From contig JBKSMP010000008.1 of assembly GCA_046881885.1 (NCBI GenBank), forward strand, positions 23,623 through 55,622: a DNA stretch of 32,000 nucleotides, in the 5' to 3' direction. The notes under the pieces were generated by a model. That model saw only the letters and a program-made list of their open reading frames with translations, made no database searches and was not told where the DNA came from. This document shows, piece by piece, positions 1 through 8,055 of this stretch. Each line of letters begins with the position of its first letter. Within the stretch, counting starts at the first letter, position 1. A program made the position numbers and the translations under genes. Source of the DNA: Opitutales bacterium (GTDB taxonomy: Bacteria > Verrucomicrobiota > Verrucomicrobiia > Opitutales > UBA9783).

Positions 1-745
1 AAGTTTCATATTTAGGTTTTGGCATAACGGCAATAGAGTTAGAAGACATTACCCATTTTAAATTGGAAGCTACGTCATTACCTTCTAAACACAGGATAAA
101 TTTATACTTTAAATGTCGACTTATGGGTAATAAATCCGCGTGCCATTCAGGATGAATATCTTTACGGCCGACATGTCCTAAGTTACACAAAGGATGATGG
201 AAGTATTTCTCATAAAATTGCTCTCTGTGTTTCTGATAGATTCCACCACGCCCTATTAATAAATTTTGCTTGTCTTCAAATTTATTGGTATCGTTGACGA
301 AAATAAAATGTCGAACCTTGTCTAAATTTAAAAGAATGGAGTTTTGATTGTTTTCTGTAATAGGTCTGCTTTTTACAATTTGTGGAAATTCAGGTATATG
401 TGTTACATCGCCAAATGTAAAAGCAAGCTTATTTTCGGGATTAAAATATCGAGTGTATTGATACGTATCCCAAAAGTACGTATGAGGTCTATAATTATTA
501 CCCAATGTAAAATCTTTAATTTTTATAAACGTATCGTTAGTGCAATAAGATTTTTCCAGTTTGTTGTAATAATTTAATCTAGCGTTGATAGCTGACTCAT
601 CGTAGTTCCTTAAAAGCGATAACTTATTTTCCAGCTTTTTTCGGCAAAAACAATTTGGAATGCAATACCTGCCTAAATTCCTCAAATTATACAGTAGTTT
701 ACTGTTTTTATCTTTTCTAGATTCTAAATATAAAATAGGATTCAT
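1..745 (-). CDS. CAP10/GT90-like LPS/LOS-modifying glycosyltransferase, N-terminal 248 aa (gene continues past the left window edge)
   Basis: Absent from the ORF track because the window truncates it. My own minus-strand translation from ATG 745 is open to position 2: MNPILYLESRKDKNSKLLYNLRNLGRYC...RHLKYKFILCLEGNDVASNLKWVMSSNSIAVMPKPKYET. The KYKF-x4-EGNDVASNLKW-x-SSNS block matches my memory of bacterial CAP10/GT90 proteins. The plus-strand ORF 344-577 lies antisense inside it. Confidence 0.5.
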   Translation of the reverse strand, partial: MNPILYLESRKDKNSKLLYNLRNLGRYCIPNCFCRKKLENKLSLLRNYDESAINARLNYYNKLEKSYCTNDTFIKIKDFTLGNNYRPHTYFWDTYQYTRYFNPENKLAFTFGDVTHIPEFPQIVKSRPITENNQNSILLNLDKVRHFIFVNDTNKFEDKQNLLIGRGGIYQKHREQFYEKYFHHPLCNLGHVGRKDIHPEWHADLLPISRHLKYKFILCLEGNDVASNLKWVMSSNSIAVMPKPKYET

Positions 746-775
746 ACGAATATTGCAGCCCTTCTAATAAGAAGC

Positions 776-2194
776 TTAGAAACTTCTCAAATACTTATCT
801 ACTTTATCGGTTGTAATAATTCCATAGTTGATGGTACCAAGCCAGCCTGACATGATAATACCGACTGAACCTGAATGATAGAGTCCGGAAACATGATCTG
901 GAAGCTCCATGGAAACTTTCAATCCTTCGAATTTGGTTCCAAAAGAGGCACCTTCAAGGTGTTGCGTATAACGATTAAAAGTCTTTGGGGTTGCGACTTC
1001 AATCCAACCTAATTTTTCTTCAATATTTGGAATAAAGTGATTTAAAGATTGCAGTGTTTGTGTTTTTAGAGCTTCTTTTGCGTTATTATAGGCTTCTTCA
1101 GACAGATTTTCCCAATCTTTCCACAAAGCATTTGTGGATGCAACGATCGTATAACGAGGTGTTTTACTTTCAGGGCGAATACTTGGATAATAAATCGAGA
1201 ATGTACGGCTGCGGGTTCCGAACGCTTTTAATTCTGCGCTCGAGAAATTAGGTTCGTCAGATGTAAAGATAAGATCACCAATTTCAGGGAAAGATTCGCC
1301 TTCTTTTAAGCCCATATAGACTTGGCAAGAACTATTATTGAGGCGTACAGCTTCTGTTTGTTTTCTAAAACTACTGTCGATAGCATCTTCAGGCAACCAT
1401 TTCAAGATTGTGTTTTTTAAGTTTGCGTTGGAAACAATGGCTTTACATTCGATGGTAACACCATTGACTTGTAGCCCGCAAACGCTTGCTTTGCCTTCTT
1501 TTTCTTGTGTAAAGATTTTCTCAACTTGGGAGCGTTTGGCTATCGTAACGCCGTTTTTAATCAATTCGGCAGTCATCGCTTCAATGAGCTTATCGGTTCC
1601 GCCCTTAAACGTATAAACGCCCTTGCTCATGAAATTCGAGAAAACAATTCCATAAGTAATAGCTGGATCATCTAACGTAGATCCGTTTGCATAGGTGATA
1701 GGCTCCATCAATAAGCGGTGAACATCCGGACGATTGGGGAAGAATTCTTCAAATAATTCGCCGGTTGTGCGATGATCATCATCGTAGAAATTCATACCAC
1801 GTAGATGATTAAAGAAGTTTTCAACGACCTCAGGAGAAAGCTTAAAATGATGGATTAATTTGTCCGTAAAATCTTTGCGATCAAAGGTTGTGTCGAAGTT
1901 AAATTGTGGATTAACAAAGCGGATATGGGGCAATTGTACGATGGAATTAGCGATGTCGGCATTCCAATAACGTCTACAGGATTTGATCATGCCGATTGGA
2001 AATCCATGCAACGATACGTCAAATGTGAAGCCTCCGGGACGCTTAAAGTAAGCGGCAAGACCACCTAATTGGAAGTGTTGTTCGAGAAGCAAAACTGAAT
2101 GTCCCATTTTTGCTAATCCGTTTGCAGCTGTTAATCCCGATAATCCGCTGCCGATTACACAAACATCATATGATTTTTTGAATTGCCAAGCCAT
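776..2194 (-). CDS. FAD/NAD(P)-dependent oxidoreductase, phytoene-desaturase/amine-oxidase (CrtI-like) family
   Basis: 472-aa ORF with an ATG start and AAGGA about 11 nt upstream. N-terminal dinucleotide-binding fold [31 protein letters not shown]...LGG. Length and C-terminal Gly-rich segment are typical of CrtI-type flavoproteins. Substrate unknown. Confidence 0.7.
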   Translation of the reverse strand: MAWQFKKSYDVCVIGSGLSGLTAANGLAKMGHSVLLLEQHFQLGGLAAYFKRPGGFTFDVSLHGFPIGMIKSCRRYWNADIANSIVQLPHIRFVNPQFNFDTTFDRKDFTDKLIHHFKLSPEVVENFFNHLRGMNFYDDDHRTTGELFEEFFPNRPDVHRLLMEPITYANGSTLDDPAITYGIVFSNFMSKGVYTFKGGTDKLIEAMTAELIKNGVTIAKRSQVEKIFTQEKEGKASVCGLQVNGVTIECKAIVSNANLKNTILKWLPEDAIDSSFRKQTEAVRLNNSSCQVYMGLKEGESFPEIGDLIFTSDEPNFSSAELKAFGTRSRTFSIYYPSIRPESKTPRYTIVASTNALWKDWENLSEEAYNNAKEALKTQTLQSLNHFIPNIEEKLGWIEVATPKTFNRYTQHLEGASFGTKFEGLKVSMELPDHVSGLYHSGSVGIIMSGWLGTINYGIITTDKVDKYLRSF

Positions 2195-2279
2195 GTTTAT
2201 AAAATTTCCTTAAATGTTATCATCTAATTCTATTTTTTTAAAAAGAGCAAAACTTTTTTTCGTTATTCTGTAATAAGTA

Positions 2280-2296
2280 CATGAAAATTTTTCATG
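2280..2296. repeat. Perfect 17-nt palindrome CATGAAAA-T-TTTTCATG in the promoter region of the oxidoreductase gene
   Basis: Read directly: c(2280) atgaaaattt(2281-2290) ttcatg(2291-2296). The two 8-nt arms are exact reverse complements around one central T. It lies 86-102 nt upstream of ATG 2194 on the minus strand. Confidence 0.9.
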
Positions 2297-2340
2297 AGAT
2301 TGAACTTTTTGCAAACAGTCAAGAATGAGAAGTTTATTCA

Positions 2341-2372
2341 ATGAAAATGCCGGCAGAGAAGTTCCTGCCGGC
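2341..2372 (-). terminator. Rho-independent terminator downstream of the small minus-strand gene 2400-2693
   Basis: GCCGGCAG (2349-2356) and CTGCCGGC (2365-2372) form a perfect 8-bp GC-rich stem with an 8-nt loop. On the minus strand it is followed by ATTTTCATT. The hairpin starts 27 nt after the stop codon. Confidence 0.55.
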
Positions 2373-2399
2373 CAATAATAAATAATAGAAAGGGTAGTT

Positions 2400-2693
2400 T
2401 TAATATTGTTCCCAAGGATCATCCTCTGCGAAAGCTTGCATGTTTTCTGCAAAGTAATCTTTAGGTTGTATGGCTTTTGCCTTATCATTGGATGTTTTTT
2501 CTTTCTTGGCTTGCAAGAAATCGGAAAATGCATTTTCAATAGCAAACATTTGTTTTTGGGTTGTTTGGGCGGGCAAGCTTTCCAGTTTTTTTGTTTTTGT
2601 TTGCTTTTTTGCCCCCATGGCTATGGTGGTAAAACAACATAATGCGATCAAAGAATGTTTCGATAATGTTTTTATAAAAGTTACAAGTTTCAT
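2400..2693 (-). CDS. Small secreted protein (97 aa), function unknown
   Basis: The track ORF 2400-2714 begins at TTG. An internal ATG at 2693 is preceded by AAAGGA and gives MKLVTFIKTLSKHSLIALCCFTTIAMGAKKQ..., a signal-peptide-like hydrophobic N-terminus, followed by a Lys/Glu-rich tail. The downstream terminator supports this frame over the overlapping ORFs 2210-2545, 2406-2642 and 2470-2727. Confidence 0.4.
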   Translation of the reverse strand: MKLVTFIKTLSKHSLIALCCFTTIAMGAKKQTKTKKLESLPAQTTQKQMFAIENAFSDFLQAKKEKTSNDKAKAIQPKDYFAENMQAFAEDDPWEQY

Positions 2694-2960
2694 ATCCTTT
2701 AAAAAAGAAAGCAAAAATCGTGCCTAAATATTGTCGATAAAGTTTAAGGTGGGAAATTTTCTCAACTTATCAAATCCATTGTTATGCAAGTAATTGTCCA
2801 TAATATTATTGTAAAGTAAGGATTGCTTTTTGCAAGTGGAAAATGCTTGTTGGGGTTTTGCAAAATTTTTATTAGTTGCATTTCAAGCTTAGGTTTTCAA
2901 ATTTGTAGTATTTTTTTTCTTGCCAAATTTGTAAAAAGAACACAAATAAATATTAATACA
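2694..2960. promoter_or_regulatory. Divergent promoter region; must drive the 16-gene plus-strand glycan operon
   Basis: 267-bp AT-rich spacer between divergent genes. Downstream of it no gap larger than 5 nt occurs until 19177. The best sigma70-like candidate is TTGTAA (2929-2934)-N16-TATTAA (2951-2956), ending 4 nt before ATG 2961, which would imply a near-leaderless mRNA. There is no Shine-Dalgarno before 2961. The exact promoter is not established. Confidence 0.35.
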
Positions 2961-4241
2961 ATGAATATTGCAATCATAGGTTTAGGGTATGTTGGTTGTC
3001 CTTTATTGAAACGTTGTTTGGAGCAAGGGTTATCTGCAATTGGGGTTGACATTGATGAAAATCGTATTAAAGAATTGGGGAATGGGAAAAATAAGATTTC
3101 TACGTTAGATGTTTCTCGTTTTCCTCAATACATAGAAAGCCGTAAGTTAATGCTTTCTACTAAGTTTGAAGTATTACAAGAAGCTGAAGCTGTTATTATT
3201 TGTTTACCAACGCCATTAACGAAACAGCATACGCCAGATTTATCCTATATTGAGTCAAGTGTAAACTCGATCGCTGAAAATGCGTCCAAAGGTGTGCTTG
3301 TTATGCTTGAATCTACAACGTATCCAGGCACTACAGTAGAAGTAATGTTGCCGGTTTTAGAAAAAGCTTTTGGAAAAGTAGGTGTTGATTTTTATTTAGG
3401 ATATTCACCTGAGCGTGAAGATCCAGGAAATCCTTTGTCGGATTTTGATAATGTTCCAAAAGTTATCAGTGGTGTAACTGAGGAATGTAAAAATAAAGCA
3501 ATTGCTTTATATTCTAAATTTGTAAAAACTTTAGTGCCAGTTTCATCTTGTGCGACAGCTGAAATGACGAAGCTTTGGGAAAATACGTTTAGAGCTATTA
3601 ATATTTCTGCAGTTAATGAGCTCAAAATGATCTGTGATCGCATGGGAATTGATGTTTGGGAAGTTGTTAATGCTGCTAAAACAAAGCCGTATGGTTTTAC
3701 CCCATTTTATCCAGGTCCAGGTATGGGTGGGCATTGCATTCCTGTTGATCCGTTTTATTTAACTTGGAAAGCAAAAGAATATGAAATGCATACGCGCTTT
3801 ATTGAATTAGCAGGAGAAATCAATTTTCGTATGCATGGGTATGTGGTTGAAAAAGTTGTTCAAGCGCTTAATGAACAGAAGAAGTCTGCAAATGGGTCTA
3901 GAGTTTTAGTGTTTGGATTAGCTTATAAGGCTAATATTAGTGATATGCGTGAATCTCCAGCGTTTCCAATTATAGAACGATTACAGCGTTTGGGAATGGA
4001 AGTTGATTATTATGATCCTTATGTTCCGGAAATTCCAACTTCACGACATTTTTCGTATTTAGCAGGGAAAAAATGTGTTGAATTTTCAGAAGATGTTTTA
4101 AAAACTTACGATATTTGTCTGTTATTAACTTTACATTCTAATGTACCTTACAAGCAAATTGCTAAGACTGCAAATTGTATTGTTGATACGCGTAATTGTA
4201 TGGATAATTATATTACGAATTGTAAGGTTTACAAAGCATAA
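2961..4241 (+). CDS. wbpA: UDP-N-acetyl-D-glucosamine 6-dehydrogenase (WbpA/TviB-family nucleotide-sugar dehydrogenase)
   Basis: The track ORF starts at TTG 2823 with a Cys/Phe-rich junk-like extension. ATG 2961 gives MNIAIIGLGYVGCPL, a Rossmann GxGxxG at the N-terminus as expected. It has GYSPEREDPGN, the catalytic-Cys region GPGMGGHCIPVDP and the C-terminal GLAYKANISDMRESP. Context is immediately upstream of WbpB/E/I homologues. Confidence 0.8.
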   Translation: MNIAIIGLGYVGCPLLKRCLEQGLSAIGVDIDENRIKELGNGKNKISTLDVSRFPQYIESRKLMLSTKFEVLQEAEAVIICLPTPLTKQHTPDLSYIESSVNSIAENASKGVLVMLESTTYPGTTVEVMLPVLEKAFGKVGVDFYLGYSPEREDPGNPLSDFDNVPKVISGVTEECKNKAIALYSKFVKTLVPVSSCATAEMTKLWENTFRAINISAVNELKMICDRMGIDVWEVVNAAKTKPYGFTPFYPGPGMGGHCIPVDPFYLTWKAKEYEMHTRFIELAGEINFRMHGYVVEKVVQALNEQKKSANGSRVLVFGLAYKANISDMRESPAFPIIERLQRLGMEVDYYDPYVPEIPTSRHFSYLAGKKCVEFSEDVLKTYDICLLLTLHSNVPYKQIAKTANCIVDTRNCMDNYITNCKVYKA

Positions 4242-4244
4242 AAC

Positions 4245-5201
4245 ATGAAGAATATTGCTGTTATTGGTTGTGGTTATTGGGGAAAGAATTTAGTCCGTAA
4301 CTTTTATGAATTAGGAGCTTTAGCTGCTGTTTGTGATCCTGTAGAAGCTGTAGCAGAAAATTTTTCAAAACTTTATGCTGTTCCTGCAAAATCTTGGTCT
4401 GGAATTTTAAGTGATGATTCGATAAAAGGTGTTGTTTTGGCGGTTCCTGCTCCTTTGCATGCTCAATTATGTTGTGAGGCTATAAAGGCAGGCAAGGATG
4501 TTTATGTTGAAAAACCACTTGCGCTTACAAAAGCTGAAGGAGAAATAATAAAATCTGTTTTATCAAAAAGTTCTCAAATTTTGCTTGTAGGTCATCTATT
4601 ACAATATCATCCTGCTATAGAAAAAATTAAGGAACTCATAGCTAGCGGTACGATAGGAACTTTAAAGTATATTCGTTCGCATCGTTTTAATATGGGGAAA
4701 ATACGGCATGAAGAAAATGTATTATGGAGTTTTGCTCCTCATGATTTTTCTGTCATTCATAGTTTAGCAAATTCACCAATAGATTCGTTACATGCTTATA
4801 AACAATGTTTGTTTAATGATACTATTGCAGATCGAGTTGATGTAACTATCATATTTGAATCTGGTGTACAGGCAGAAGTATGTGTATCTTGGGTACATCC
4901 CTTTAAAGAACAAAAATTAGTAGTTGGTGGAGAAAACGGTATGTTGGTTTTTGACGATACGTTTCCTTTGCAGGAAAAACTAAAATTGTATCGTCATAAT
5001 TATGCCAGAAATGGGAAAATAATTGTTACAGAAAAAGCAGAACCTGAAGCTATTGTTTTGCCTTCTGTAGAGCCGTTAAAATCCGAATGTCAGCATTTTA
5101 TCGATTGTATGAGATCTCGCCAGCAACCTCGAACCAATATTGATGAGGGTATGGCGGTTGTTCGTATGTTACAATTAGCTCAAAAAAAATTAGAGAAATG
5201 A
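4245..5201 (+). CDS. wbpB: Gfo/Idh/MocA-family NAD-dependent sugar 3-dehydrogenase (WbpB/WlbA-like role by context)
   Basis: 318 aa. N-terminal Rossmann NIAVIGCGYWGKN, the EKPLALT motif and GHLLQYHPA are typical of Gfo/Idh/MocA oxidoreductases. It sits between wbpA-like and wbpE-like genes with an ATGA overlap to the latter. The specific function is inferred from gene order. Confidence 0.65.
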   Translation: MKNIAVIGCGYWGKNLVRNFYELGALAAVCDPVEAVAENFSKLYAVPAKSWSGILSDDSIKGVVLAVPAPLHAQLCCEAIKAGKDVYVEKPLALTKAEGEIIKSVLSKSSQILLVGHLLQYHPAIEKIKELIASGTIGTLKYIRSHRFNMGKIRHEENVLWSFAPHDFSVIHSLANSPIDSLHAYKQCLFNDTIADRVDVTIIFESGVQAEVCVSWVHPFKEQKLVVGGENGMLVFDDTFPLQEKLKLYRHNYARNGKIIVTEKAEPEAIVLPSVEPLKSECQHFIDCMRSRQQPRTNIDEGMAVVRMLQLAQKKLEK

Positions 5202-6307
5202 AAATACCTTTTATTAATTTAGATAGGCAATATCGGTTATATAAAGAAAAATTTGACCATGCGATTCATGCTGTTTTGGAACATGGGCAATACATTAGTG
5301 GTCCAGAAGTTAAAGCACTTGAAGAACAATTACAAACTTTTTTAGGAGTAAAGCATGCTATAGCTTGCGCTAATGGAACAGATGCCTTGGTTTTGTCACT
5401 AAAAGCATTAGGGGTGCAACAAAATGAAGTTGTTTTTGTTCCCAGTTTTACCTTTGCTGCAACTGCAGAAGCTGTTGCTTATTGTGGTGGAATTCCATTT
5501 TTTGTAGACTGTAATCCAGATACTTACAATTTAGACATAAATAGTTTGAAATCGGCTATCAATGAAGTAAAACAGCAATCTTTAAAAATGGTTGGTATTA
5601 TTGCAGTAGATTTGTTTGGATTAGCTGCAGATTATACAAGTATTAATGAGCTTGCTAAAGAAAACAATTTGTGGGTGATGTCCGATTGTGCTCAAGGATT
5701 TGGGTCTACTCACAAGGGTAAACAAGTTTGTTCTTGTCAGGATTGTTTGATTGCAACAACGAGTTTTTTCCCTGCAAAGCCTTTAGGTTGTTATGGTGAT
5801 GGTGGTGCTATTTTTACGAATAACGATGAAATCGCTTCCTTAATACGGAGTTTGCATATTCATGGCAAAGGTTCTGAAAAATACGACAATGTACGCGTAG
5901 GTCAAAATAGTCGTTTGGATACGATACAAGCAGCTATTTTAATTGAAAAATTAAAGTTATTTCCAGAAGAAGTTATTTTGCGAAACAAAATTGCAAAACG
6001 CTATAATGAGGTCTTTGCACCTTTCTATAAAACACCCATAATGCCTAAGGATGATGTTTGTGTTTGGGCACAATATACATTGCAAGCCAAAGACGAAGCA
6101 GATAGGGAAAAAGCCATGTTGCAATTCAAGGAGCGTGGAATTCCAACTAATATTTATTATCCTAAACCTTTACATCAGCAAACGGCTTATAATCGTTTCC
6201 CTCACGCGAGCAATATGTCGGTAAGTGAGTACGCTTCTCGAACCGTATTTAGTTTACCTATTTCTCCCTATTTATCAGATGAAGAAGTAGAATTTATTTG
6301 CTGCTAA
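5198..6307 (+). CDS. wbpE: PLP-dependent DegT/DnrJ/EryC1 aminotransferase, WbpE/WlbC-like (UDP-2-acetamido-3-keto-glucuronate 3-aminotransferase)
   Basis: 369 aa. Long colinear matches to my memory of P. aeruginosa WbpE: HGQYISGPEV, CANGTDAL, TSFFPAKPLGCYGDGGAIFTN (PLP-Lys), RVGQNSRLDTIQAAILIEKL and VWAQYT. Confidence 0.85.
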   Translation: MKIPFINLDRQYRLYKEKFDHAIHAVLEHGQYISGPEVKALEEQLQTFLGVKHAIACANGTDALVLSLKALGVQQNEVVFVPSFTFAATAEAVAYCGGIPFFVDCNPDTYNLDINSLKSAINEVKQQSLKMVGIIAVDLFGLAADYTSINELAKENNLWVMSDCAQGFGSTHKGKQVCSCQDCLIATTSFFPAKPLGCYGDGGAIFTNNDEIASLIRSLHIHGKGSEKYDNVRVGQNSRLDTIQAAILIEKLKLFPEEVILRNKIAKRYNEVFAPFYKTPIMPKDDVCVWAQYTLQAKDEADREKAMLQFKERGIPTNIYYPKPLHQQTAYNRFPHASNMSVSEYASRTVFSLPISPYLSDEEVEFICC

Positions 6308-6308
6308 A

Positions 6309-7022
6309 ATGAATTTATTGCAAAAAGTTTTTGTTATTGCTTATGATTGTCCCCATAGGAAAACATATGATGTATTAACTTTATTGAAGTCATTTGGGTA
6401 TAAAAATGTAACTGTTTTTACCAGTCCAATGACTTACAAAAAAACGTTTATTCCTTGGCTTCAACATAGGCCAAATACGGTTCATTTTATAGAAACGAAA
6501 ACATTATGTGATCATTTAGATTATCGTTGTGAAGGTTTAAAACAATTGAAAGATTTAATATTTTTTGTTAAGGATGTTGAAGATGCTCCTGTTCTAATTG
6601 CAGGAGCTGGATTGCTTCCTAATGAATTATTAAATAAAATAAATTTTATTAATGTACATCCTGGATATTTGCCATATGCAAGAGGTCTGGATGCATTTAA
6701 GTGGAGTCTTTTACAAAATCTTCCGATAGGTGTTACTTCTCATTTACTAGGGCAAGATGTTGATTCTGGAGTTTTAATTCATCGCTTAAGAATATTCCCC
6801 CAAAAAAATGATACGTTTCATAGTTTGGCCTATAAAGTTTATGAAGAAGAAATCAATTTACTTGTAAAATCTATTGAGTTATATAAAAATGCTAAGGAAA
6901 TTATACAAACGTTAGATACATTTCCTGCACATAAACGTATGCCAAATGAAATTGAAAAAACTTTAGATATAACATTAAAAACATATTATTGTGATGAAAA
7001 TTTGTACAATTGTTGGGAATAG
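6309..7022 (+). CDS. Formyltransferase-fold protein (PurN/Fmt/ArnA-N-like catalytic domain), putative sugar N-formyltransferase
   Basis: 237 aa. INVHPGYLPYARGLDAFKWSLLQNLPIGVTSHLLGQDVDSGVLIH reproduces the N-x-H-(P/S)-x-LP-x-x-(R/K)-G ... H ... D-x-G-x-(I/L) pattern and spacing of PurN (NIHPSLLPSFKG...SVH...DGGPVI). It has no hexapeptide repeats. Confidence 0.55.
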   Translation: MNLLQKVFVIAYDCPHRKTYDVLTLLKSFGYKNVTVFTSPMTYKKTFIPWLQHRPNTVHFIETKTLCDHLDYRCEGLKQLKDLIFFVKDVEDAPVLIAGAGLLPNELLNKINFINVHPGYLPYARGLDAFKWSLLQNLPIGVTSHLLGQDVDSGVLIHRLRIFPQKNDTFHSLAYKVYEEEINLLVKSIELYKNAKEIIQTLDTFPAHKRMPNEIEKTLDITLKTYYCDENLYNCWE

Positions 7023-8055
7023 GCCTCAGTTTATTAAAGAAGCACCGGTAAGTCGGGAATTGAGTAAGCAAGGAATTAAAGAAGTATTGATCCATACAGG
7101 TCAGCATTATGATGCTAATATGAGTGATGTTTTTTTTGATAACTTGGAATTACCCAAGCCCAATTATCATTTTTCCATTACGAACAAGCTTCATGGGGCT
7201 ATGACTGGGGAAATTTTAACAAAAATTGAGGATGTTTTGTTAAAAGAAAATCCGAATTGGGTCCTTGTTTATGGGGATACCAATTCTACATTAGCAGGTG
7301 CCTTAGCTGCCGTTAAATTACATATTCCTATTGTACATGTTGAAGCTGGTGTTCGTATTCATGATTTGACTGCTCCTGAAGAAGTAAATCGCGTTTTAGC
7401 TTCACATATTTCGACGCTTCATTGTTGCTGTACGCAACATAATGTCGATAATTTGCAAAAAGAAGGCATAACAAAAAATGTTTACTTTACGGGTGATGTG
7501 ATGTTAGATGCTTTCAAACAATTTTCTATAGTTGCAGAGAATAAATCTAATATTTTGGAAAGATGTATTTTGTCGCAAGCAAATTATATTTTAATGACCT
7601 TTCATCGTCCCGAAAATATAGATACTAAAGAGGGTTGTTTACAATTGATAAAATTAATAAAAATTTTGGATGAAAAAATTGTTTTTCCAATTCATCCAAG
7701 AACTAAAAATAGTTTTATAAAACACAACTTGTGGGAAGATCTTAAGAGCTTAAAAAATCTTATTTTATTAGATCCTATTTCTTATTTGGATACTTTAAAA
7801 TTAGTTAATAATTGCAGTTTTGTGATTACGGATTCCGGAGGTTTACAACGAGAAGCATTTTTTGCACAAAAATATTGTTATTTCTTTTATTTTGATGGTT
7901 GTTGGCCTGAATTAGAGGAAATAGATTGGCAAACCCGATATAATTTGAGTGAAAGTAGTTTTGATTTTTCAAAAAGGTCTAATAAAATGTTTTCAGAGAA
8001 TCCATTTGGTAATGGAAAAGCTGCTGAAATTATTGTTAATCTCTTAAGAAAATGA
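6994..8055 (+). CDS. wbpI: UDP-2,3-diacetamido-2,3-dideoxy-glucuronate 2-epimerase-like (non-hydrolysing UDP-GlcNAc 2-epimerase family, WbpI-like)
   Basis: The track start at GTG 6991 is followed directly by ATG 6994. KICTIVGNRPQFIKEAPVSREL, HTGQHYDANMSDVFF, WVLVYGDTNSTLAGALAAVKLHIPIVHVEAG, PEEVNR and ITDSGGLQREAFF are colinear with WbpI as I recall it. It overlaps the upstream gene by 29 nt. Confidence 0.85.
   Translation: MKICTIVGNRPQFIKEAPVSRELSKQGIKEVLIHTGQHYDANMSDVFFDNLELPKPNYHFSITNKLHGAMTGEILTKIEDVLLKENPNWVLVYGDTNSTLAGALAAVKLHIPIVHVEAGVRIHDLTAPEEVNRVLASHISTLHCCCTQHNVDNLQKEGITKNVYFTGDVMLDAFKQFSIVAENKSNILERCILSQANYILMTFHRPENIDTKEGCLQLIKLIKILDEKIVFPIHPRTKNSFIKHNLWEDLKSLKNLILLDPISYLDTLKLVNNCSFVITDSGGLQREAFFAQKYCYFFYFDGCWPELEEIDWQTRYNLSESSFDFSKRSNKMFSENPFGNGKAAEIIVNLLRK

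Noticed and set aside
344-1616. Plus-strand ORFs 344-577, 1054-1251 and 1338-1616
   Set aside because: Each lies antisense inside a longer minus-strand CDS with clear family motifs. Their sequences are low-complexity with no recognisable domains.
2210-2727. Overlapping ORFs 2210-2545 (-), 2406-2642 (+) and 2470-2727 (+)
   Set aside because: They are mutually exclusive with the signal-peptide-bearing frame 2400-2693. ORF 2210-2545 would have to read through the strong terminator hairpin at 2349-2372 and the promoter region of the oxidoreductase gene.
2823-2960. N-terminal 46-aa extension of the dehydrogenase ORF in the track (start at TTG 2823)
   Set aside because: The extension is a Cys/Phe/Ile-rich translation of AT-rich promoter DNA. 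It would displace the Rossmann GxGxxG from the N-terminus. ATG 2961 gives the canonical MNIAIIGLGYVG start.
2694-2960. JUMPstart/ops (GGCGGTAG) antitermination element upstream of the long glycan operon
   Set aside because: I read through the spacer and found no GGCGGTAG or close variant.
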